Below are positions 45,688 to 51,705 of a DNA stretch of 51,705 nt, one piece after another. The notes under the pieces were generated by a model. The model was given only the letters and a program-made list of their open reading frames with translations, had not been told where the DNA came from and did not search any database. Within the stretch, counting starts at the first letter, position 1. Each line of letters opens with the position of its first letter. Origin of the DNA: Candidatus Aenigmatarchaeota archaeon (GTDB lineage Archaea; Aenigmatarchaeota; Aenigmatarchaeia; QMZP01; QMZT01); assembly GCA_041489155.1 (NCBI GenBank), contig JBGPQP010000009.1, positions 1-51,705 of the forward strand, read 5' to 3'. The position numbers and the translations under genes are program-made.

Positions 45688-46584
45688 ATGATAGTCTTGG
45701 GCAATGACGATTTTGCGAGGAACGTCGCCAGAAAGATGGGCGCCGACTTCGTGCAGCTCGAGACGAAGAGGTTCCCCGACGGCGAATACTACATGAGGAT
45801 CACCGAACCCGCGAAGCTGAAGGGCAAGAAGGTCGTCTTCGTCTCCCGCGGCCGGACGCCTGACATGAGCCAGGACAGGCTCGTGACAAAATCGCTCCTG
45901 ATTCTGCACAAGCTTCACGAGATAGGCGCGGAAAAGATCGGCCTCTTCCTGCCTTACATGCCCTATTCTAGGCAGGACAAGGAATTCCTGCCCGGCGAGG
46001 TCATTTCGGTGAACATATTCAGGAAAATCCTCGAGGAGAAGTGCGACCTGATAGTCAGCGTAACGAACCACGACAAGCGCGAGGAGGGCTGGGTCGACAG
46101 CAAGTTCTACAACATAGACGGGACGAAAGCGGTAATCGATTTCCTGAAAGCCAAGAAATTCAGGAATCCCGTGATCGCCGCGCCGGACATGACTTCGAAG
46201 GGCAACGTGGACAAGATAGCGAAGGCGATAGGCGCGCAGATGCTGGCCGTCAGCAAGGAAAGGGACAGGAAAACCGGCGAAGTGAAGGCTTCCTGCGCAA
46301 TGCCGGACCTCAGCGGCAAGGAGCTGATAATCTTCGACGACATCGTCTCTTCCGGCAACACCATGCTGAAGGCTATCGATCTCGCCAGGAAGGCCAACGC
46401 GGCGAGGATAATCTGCATAGTCATACACGCTCTCGACGTGATGAACAAGAACCTGGGCAAGAGCTCGGTCGCGGCGATAAAGGCGGCATGCGACGAGTAT
46501 TACGCGAGCGACACCATCGAGAATCCGGTCGAGGCCTTCTCGATCATCGGCCACGTCAGTGAATTCTTCAGCAGGAACTTCTAG
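45688..46584 (+). CDS. prs: Ribose-phosphate pyrophosphokinase
   Basis: FPDGE, PYMPYSRQDK, APD, DDIVSSGNT, SDTI. Confidence 0.92.
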   Translation: MIVLGNDDFARNVARKMGADFVQLETKRFPDGEYYMRITEPAKLKGKKVVFVSRGRTPDMSQDRLVTKSLLILHKLHEIGAEKIGLFLPYMPYSRQDKEFLPGEVISVNIFRKILEEKCDLIVSVTNHDKREEGWVDSKFYNIDGTKAVIDFLKAKKFRNPVIAAPDMTSKGNVDKIAKAIGAQMLAVSKERDRKTGEVKASCAMPDLSGKELIIFDDIVSSGNTMLKAIDLARKANAARIICIVIHALDVMNKNLGKSSVAAIKAACDEYYASDTIENPVEAFSIIGHVSEFFSRNF

Positions 46585-46634
46585 CCGTCAAGGCACAGAG
46601 CAAAATTTTTAAACCCCTGCCGCATTCTATCCTT

Positions 46635-47354
46635 ATGCACACCGAACTGCTTTTCATGAAAGATTGCTACCTCAAGACATTCGAGGCGAAGGTCCTGCAG
46701 AGCGGCGAGCAGGACGGCAGACATTTCGTCGTCCTAGACAGGACCGCTTTCTATCCGCTAGGCGGCGGGCAGAACAGCGATACAGGCACGCTCAACGGCA
46801 TCCGCGTAACGAGCGTTCTCAAGCAAGCAGGGGTTGTCAAGCATTTCGTGGAGAAACCCATAGAAGCGGCTCACGTAAAAGGCGAGATCGACTGGATCAA
46901 CCGCCATACCTACATGCGCATGCACACAGCGCAGCATATTCTTTCGGCGATAGTCCTTGACAAATGGGGCGCTTCGACGGCGGGGAACCAAATAGAGACC
47001 GCTTATTCCCGCATAGACTTCAATCCCATCACGCCGCCGACCGATTTCATCGACGTGGTCACATGGAAGTTCAACGAGGTCGTCGACAAGGCGCTGTCAG
47101 TAAAGATATATTTCACAAATCGCGAAGACGTGATAAACTCTGTCGATGAGAGAAGAAGGCGCCTGTTCGCCCGCCTGCCTGAATCCGTCAAAGAAATACG
47201 CATTATCGAAATCGAAGGTGTCGATAAGGTTCCGTGCGGCGGCACGCACATCGCGAACACGGGAGAAATCGGCCACATCAGGATAACAAAGATGGAGAAC
47301 AAAGGCAAGGACACTTGGAGGGTAAGGTTCGAGCTCGATAGGCCCCAAATGTGA
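46635..47354 (+). CDS. alaX: AlaX alanyl-tRNA editing protein
   Basis: FYPLGGGQ, MRMHTAQH, CGGTH. Confidence 0.9.
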   Translation: MHTELLFMKDCYLKTFEAKVLQSGEQDGRHFVVLDRTAFYPLGGGQNSDTGTLNGIRVTSVLKQAGVVKHFVEKPIEAAHVKGEIDWINRHTYMRMHTAQHILSAIVLDKWGASTAGNQIETAYSRIDFNPITPPTDFIDVVTWKFNEVVDKALSVKIYFTNREDVINSVDERRRRLFARLPESVKEIRIIEIEGVDKVPCGGTHIANTGEIGHIRITKMENKGKDTWRVRFELDRPQM

Positions 47355-47401
47355 CTACTTTTATATAGTAACATTTATAAACTAGAAGGCCAATAATAAT
47401 T

Positions 47402-47665
47402 ATGAACAATGCTGAATTGGAAATGATGAGAATTTATGCGGTAGAAGGCCCCTCACCCGTGCATGTTTCACCCGTAAGGGAAATCTTCAGACGCCAATGT
47501 TATATGCATAAATTCTGTGTGGATGATTTTTTACCGGAACGTGAACCGGCAGCCACAGGTCAACATAATTTTACTTTCTGGAGAAATCGTCGTTCGGGTG
47601 GGCCGCCTATAGAAAGACTTCACAGAGAATTTTACGTATGGGCAGCTTCGCAGGGTTATAAATAA
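47402..47665 (+). CDS. Hypothetical protein (87 aa)
   Basis: AT-rich ORF with TTTATAAA upstream; no motif. Confidence 0.45.
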   Translation: MNNAELEMMRIYAVEGPSPVHVSPVREIFRRQCYMHKFCVDDFLPEREPAATGQHNFTFWRNRRSGGPPIERLHREFYVWAASQGYK

Positions 47666-47679
47666 GTAATTAATTAACT

Positions 47680-48627
47680 TTATTTCCCGTGCTTCATGAA
47701 TTGCGCTAGTAGCGCTTCGAGCTGTATCTCTGGCGAGCCGCCCTGGTTCAAACGGAATTCGAACTCGCCTATCTGCTCGGCCAACTTTATCTTCCTGTCC
47801 TCCGGGATCTTCAGGCTGTAGAGCTCCCTGTGTATCCCTTTGATGACGTCCTCGCCCGAGAGGCCCTGGCTTATGAGCAGCTCGAAAAGCTTCTTCCTCG
47901 CTTCCGCGAATTTTCCGTTTATGGCGCTATCAACCATTTCCCTTATGTCCTCGGGCTTCGACTGGGCGGCGGCGTCGTAAACCGTTTCCTTCGTCACTTT
48001 CCCCAGCGCAGAGCTCGCTTGGAGAAGGTTCGTAGCTTGGCGGAGGTCGCCTTCCGAAATCTCGTATATCGCTTTGATCGCCTCTTCCGAAACCACCAGC
48101 TTCTCGCCCTTCGCTATCTTGTTCAGATATTCCTTAACTCCTTCTTCTGTCAGTCGCTTGAAACGGAAGACTGATGTTCTCGACTGTATCGGCTCGATTA
48201 TCCTGCTCGAATAGTTGCATGAAAGGATGAACCTGCACGTGTCCGAGAAGCGCTCCATCGTTCGCCTGAGGGCCTGCTGCGCTTCCGGCGTTAGCGCGTC
48301 GGATTCGTCGAGGAATATGATCTTGAAATCCGCTCCCAGCGACTTCATGCGCGCGAAGTCTTTGACGCGGCCGCGCACGATACCTATCCCGCGCTCGTCG
48401 CTCGCGTTCGTCTCCTGGAAATTGTTCTTCCAGCTCTCGCCGAAAAGCTCCCTCGCCAGGCAGAGCGCGACCGTTGTTTTGCCCACGCCTGCAGGGCCTG
48501 CAAAAAGCATGTGCGGCACCGAGCCTTTCTTGACCCAAGCCTTGAGGCGGGAAACTATGTGCTTCTGGTCGATTACCTCGTCCAGCATTTTAGGTCGGTA
48601 TTTTTCTGTCCACAATTCCATATGCAT
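47680..48627 (-). CDS. rfcS: Replication factor C small subunit
   Basis: WTEKYRP, GPAGVGKTT, NASDERGI, LDESD, ALRRTME, IQSR, GDLR. Confidence 0.96.
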   Translation of the reverse strand: MHMELWTEKYRPKMLDEVIDQKHIVSRLKAWVKKGSVPHMLFAGPAGVGKTTVALCLARELFGESWKNNFQETNASDERGIGIVRGRVKDFARMKSLGADFKIIFLDESDALTPEAQQALRRTMERFSDTCRFILSCNYSSRIIEPIQSRTSVFRFKRLTEEGVKEYLNKIAKGEKLVVSEEAIKAIYEISEGDLRQATNLLQASSALGKVTKETVYDAAAQSKPEDIREMVDSAINGKFAEARKKLFELLISQGLSGEDVIKGIHRELYSLKIPEDRKIKLAEQIGEFEFRLNQGGSPEIQLEALLAQFMKHGK

Positions 48628-48673
48628 AACAACACCGATTATATCTATCTAATGGTTCTGCTATTTTTATTAT

Positions 48674-49450
48674 TTAGGATTCGGGCATCACGCGAAGCCT
48701 GATCCTGTCAGCCTGAATGTCCTTTAGTATGGCGATGGACATCCTAACCACGTCGGGAATCCCGCCCTTTTTCAGGACGTGCCTTTTCAGCGCGATCGTC
48801 TCGAGCGTCTTCTCCTTGTCCTCTTCGATGGGGACGCCGTAATAAGCCTCTATCACGCCGGGCATGCGGCGCATCATGCTGATCACGAGGAGGTCGGGGT
48901 CCTTCGCCTTCCTGTAGTCCATCACATTAGTGAATGCGTGCTTTACGTCGTCCTTCTCCATGTACGGGAGGACGCCTGGCGTGTCTATGAAATAAAGCTT
49001 CCGGTCTATCTTGAGCAACTGGACTTTTTTCGTGTGCCCGCTTATGCTGCTCGTCGAAGCGGAATGCCTGCCCTTGAGCATGTTAATGAGCGATGACTTA
49101 CCGACGTTCGGGTAGCCGAGCACACCGATGTTGATTCTGTCGGTGCTGCCGTAAAACCTGTTGGCCTCCCTTATTATGCTTTCCTTCAGCCTGTCCCTGC
49201 CCGAGCGGTCCTTCGCTGAAACGAATACCGATGGTGAAAGCGATCTTTTGCACTGCTCGAGTTTCTTCTTGGGCACGAGGTCGGCCTTGGTGATGACGTA
49301 TATCAGCGGCTTTCTCAGGGATCTGACCTTCTCCTCTATCTCCCTGTTCCTCGTCTCGTCGACGAATCTCGCGTCTAGCAGCATCAGCAGGACGTCAGCG
49401 TTCCTTATCACATGGTTGACGATCTTCCAGAAGTTCTTCGTCCTCGCCAT
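48674..49450 (-). CDS. Circularly permuted ribosome-biogenesis GTPase (RbgA/YlqF family)
   Basis: DAR, TKAD, SAK, GYPNVGKSS, GHT, DTPG in G4-G5-G1-G2-G3 order. Confidence 0.9.
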   Translation of the reverse strand: MARTKNFWKIVNHVIRNADVLLMLLDARFVDETRNREIEEKVRSLRKPLIYVITKADLVPKKKLEQCKRSLSPSVFVSAKDRSGRDRLKESIIREANRFYGSTDRINIGVLGYPNVGKSSLINMLKGRHSASTSSISGHTKKVQLLKIDRKLYFIDTPGVLPYMEKDDVKHAFTNVMDYRKAKDPDLLVISMMRRMPGVIEAYYGVPIEEDKEKTLETIALKRHVLKKGGIPDVVRMSIAILKDIQADRIRLRVMPES

Positions 49451-49483
49451 AACGGTCAATTCGTCCTCGCCATAACGGTCAAT
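49437..49483. repeat. Exact 23-bp tandem duplication spanning the GTPase start codon
   Basis: ttcgtcctcgccataacggtcaa occurs twice in tandem. Confidence 0.9.
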
Positions 49484-49567
49484 ATATCAATTATAATAGA
49501 GTATATAAAATGGCGCATGCGTTTCTCCTCTCGCACCAATTTAAACCGCCGGAGCAAATTTTATTAT

Positions 49568-50575
49568 ATGATAATCGCCATAACAGGGACGCCGGGGACA
49601 GGCAAGACAGAAGTCGCGAAAGCATTGTCAAAGCGGCTTAAGTGGCCCTATTTTTCCCTAAACCAGATCGCCGAGAAGAGGAATCTCTACAAGGGCTATG
49701 ACAAGGAGCGGATGGTGAAGATAGTCGACATCGACAGGCTGCGCGAGGAAGTCAACGAACTGGCCAGTGAAAGCGCCAACATGATAATCGAAGCGCACTA
49801 CGCGCACGACATGCCATGCGATATGGTGATCGTGCTGCGCACGGACCCGGACGTCCTGAGGAAGCGCATGCTGGCGAAGGGCTTCCACACGGAAAAAATC
49901 GCGGAAAACATGGAAGCCGAGATGATGCAGGTGATAATGGACGAAGCAGTAGCGGCGCACAGGAACGTTTACGAAATCGACACCACGAAAAAAACGCCCG
50001 AGCAGGCGGCGCAGGAAATCGAGACGATAGCGAAAAACCAGGCAACGCTCGCGAAAGACCTGCGGCTGCCGAAGAGCCTGCTAATGGATTTCCGCAGGCC
50101 CTTCGGGGAAGTTTTCAGCGGCGACTGGGACGACACCGCGAAAAGGGTCGTAAAAATGCTCAAGGACAAGAAAGGTCTCGTCGTGACCGTCGGCGACACG
50201 ACCAGCTACTACCTGATAAAGCACGGCCTGAGGCCGCACATGATAATAGTGGACGGGAAGGCAAAGAGGAAGCGTTTCCCCAAGAGAATACCTTTCAGAG
50301 GGAAGACGGTGACCGCCAGAAACCCGAAAGGTATGATAACCGCCGGTATGTGGAAGGCGGTCGAAAAATCCATCCCGGAACTGCAGAAAAATAAGGTAAA
50401 TGTAATTGTAAAGGGTGAGGAGGACCTCGCAGTCCTTCCCTGCGCATTCCATCTTCCCCTAGGCAGCTACATAGTTTACGGGCTGTTCGACAGAGGCCTC
50501 GTCGTCGTAAAGGTCGACGAAAAGAAGAAAGAGCGCGCTAAGGCGCTGCTTGAGAACATAATGTTTCTGCAGTAG
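49568..50575 (+). CDS. AK6/Fap7-type adenylate kinase fused to DUF359 (GTP-dependent dephospho-CoA kinase family)
   Basis: ITGTPGTGKT...IIEAH...KIAENMEAE, then RRPFG...VGDTT...IVDGK...NPKGMI...GEEDLA...IVYG. Confidence 0.85.
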   Translation: MIIAITGTPGTGKTEVAKALSKRLKWPYFSLNQIAEKRNLYKGYDKERMVKIVDIDRLREEVNELASESANMIIEAHYAHDMPCDMVIVLRTDPDVLRKRMLAKGFHTEKIAENMEAEMMQVIMDEAVAAHRNVYEIDTTKKTPEQAAQEIETIAKNQATLAKDLRLPKSLLMDFRRPFGEVFSGDWDDTAKRVVKMLKDKKGLVVTVGDTTSYYLIKHGLRPHMIIVDGKAKRKRFPKRIPFRGKTVTARNPKGMITAGMWKAVEKSIPELQKNKVNVIVKGEEDLAVLPCAFHLPLGSYIVYGLFDRGLVVVKVDEKKKERAKALLENIMFLQ

Positions 50576-50586
50576 GCTGGAAGCGA

Positions 50587-51111
50587 TTATTTGCCGATGA
50601 CCTTTTTCCCTCTTTCCTGAGGAACGACAATCTTTTTTGCTTTCGGGAATTTTTTGTCAAGCTCCCCGCCATCGAAAAACCTGTCCAGAAAAAGCGCGAG
50701 CGCGGCGATTTCTGAATGCGGCTGGCTGGTGACAGAGACGTTGAAGTCCGCGAGGTCGTACATTTCCCAGGGGACTTTCTCGCCTCCGACCACGGCGAGG
50801 ATTTTGCCTTTCTTTTTTATCCTACCGATCGTCTTCTGGATGGGCATGCCGTAGACAGTCAGGTGGACAACGCAGAAGCCCCTTCGCTTATAATCGCTGA
50901 TTATCTTCTTCCAGCCGGCTTCATAAGCGACGGAGAATTTCCCGCCCCATTGCTCGGAGACGCGGCTTACGCTTTCGATCACGCTCTGATCGTGCTCGCC
51001 CGAGTAAACTATTCCGTCGGCTCCGAGAGCACGCGCCACCAGCCCGCAATGCGTCGATATCCTGTGGTCTCGCGAAATGCGATGGCCCAGTCTTAAAACA
51101 AAAACTTTCAT
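50587..51111 (-). CDS. trm56: tRNA (cytidine(56)-2'-O)-methyltransferase
   Basis: LRLGHR..RDHRISTH, VHLTVYG, VGGEKVP, QPHSEIAALA. Confidence 0.94.
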   Translation of the reverse strand: MKVFVLRLGHRISRDHRISTHCGLVARALGADGIVYSGEHDQSVIESVSRVSEQWGGKFSVAYEAGWKKIISDYKRRGFCVVHLTVYGMPIQKTIGRIKKKGKILAVVGGEKVPWEMYDLADFNVSVTSQPHSEIAALALFLDRFFDGGELDKKFPKAKKIVVPQERGKKVIGK

Positions 51112-51144
51112 GAAGAAATAATTGTAGCTGCGCGTATTAAATGA

Positions 51145-51564
51145 TTATTCCGGCTTCTTCCAGACACCTTTGAACTTGTCCTTCGGGTATTTCTTTTCGG
51201 TCTGCTTCAGTTTGGAAAGAACTATCTCCGCTATGTTAAGGTCGAGCGCGTTGGCCATGTGCAGGCATGCGCTTATGACATCGGCCACCTCGTCCCTTAT
51301 CTTCTGCATGGCGTCCTCATTCTCCTTGATCTTCTCGCTCTCGCTGTCCTTCATCCACTGAAACAGTTCCAGCAGCTCGCCGGCTTCCACGGCAACGTCA
51401 ATCGCTATGTCCTTCGGGTTGTGGTATTTCTCCCAGTCCCTGTCGCGGACGAAGCGCTTCACCTTCTCCTTTAGCGACTCGAAGTCGACGTATTCGTCCG
51501 TCCTAAGCTCCGGAGCCTCGTCTGCTTCATCGCTTGGAGCTTCATCGAAATCGTCCGTTTTCAT
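51145..51564 (-). CDS. MazG-like nucleotide pyrophosphohydrolase
   Basis: FVRDRDWEKYHNPKD...EAGELLELFQW...DEVADV...KKYP. Confidence 0.9.
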   Translation of the reverse strand: MKTDDFDEAPSDEADEAPELRTDEYVDFESLKEKVKRFVRDRDWEKYHNPKDIAIDVAVEAGELLELFQWMKDSESEKIKENEDAMQKIRDEVADVISACLHMANALDLNIAEIVLSKLKQTEKKYPKDKFKGVWKKPE

Positions 51565-51614
51565 ACGCTTATTTTGATTTCCGCTTATATATAATTTTTA
51601 AAGCGCGGAGGCGA

Positions 51615-51705
51615 ATGTTAATCATGCTCATAAAAAACCTAGTTCCCTACGAAACGATAGACGGGAAATTCGTCGTGAAGTTCAAGAAGCCCGTGCAGCA
51701 ATACG
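51615..51705 (+). CDS. Partial CDS running off the right edge
   Basis: ATG 51615/51624, open to the end: MLIKNLVPYETIDGKFVVKFKKPVQQY. Confidence 0.5.
   Translation, partial: MLIMLIKNLVPYETIDGKFVVKFKKPVQQY

Noticed and set aside
47680..48627. Intein in RFC small subunit (a frequent intein host)
   Set aside because: Walker A and the other motifs are contiguous and the length is normal.

Overview
Archaeal chromosomal segment (eL40, aTrm56, DGGGP synthase, oapABC, RFC, four-subunit POR, BHB tRNA introns). The doubled Lrp regulator and many Cys-rich surface proteins suggest a DPANN-type, possibly Aenigmarchaeota-like, organism; this is inference. It holds about 55 CDS, mostly housekeeping, and 4 tRNAs. 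I saw no CRISPR array, rRNA, integrase or transposase. Main finding: porA is split in its conserved YPITPQ|T motif by a 35-nt insertion (29601-29635) that contains a stop codon and folds into a bulge-helix-bulge-like splice substrate. Cutting at the standard tRNA-splicing-endonuclease positions restores the frame and motif exactly, making it a probable mRNA intron in a central metabolic gene. The adjacent porB carries a 369-aa LAGLIDADG intein in its TPP motif. Other highlights: a tRNA-Ser(UGA) with two probable introns (one of 127 nt with C/D-box-like motifs, one in the variable arm); five paralogous cytoplasmic PQQ-like beta-propellers with a Tyr-periodic C-terminal tail; a WxL/Csc-like surface-protein cluster; an apparent ATA start for RNase Z; and AK6-DUF359 and IscU-DUF59 fusions. 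All calls come from reading motifs by eye; no database searches were run.
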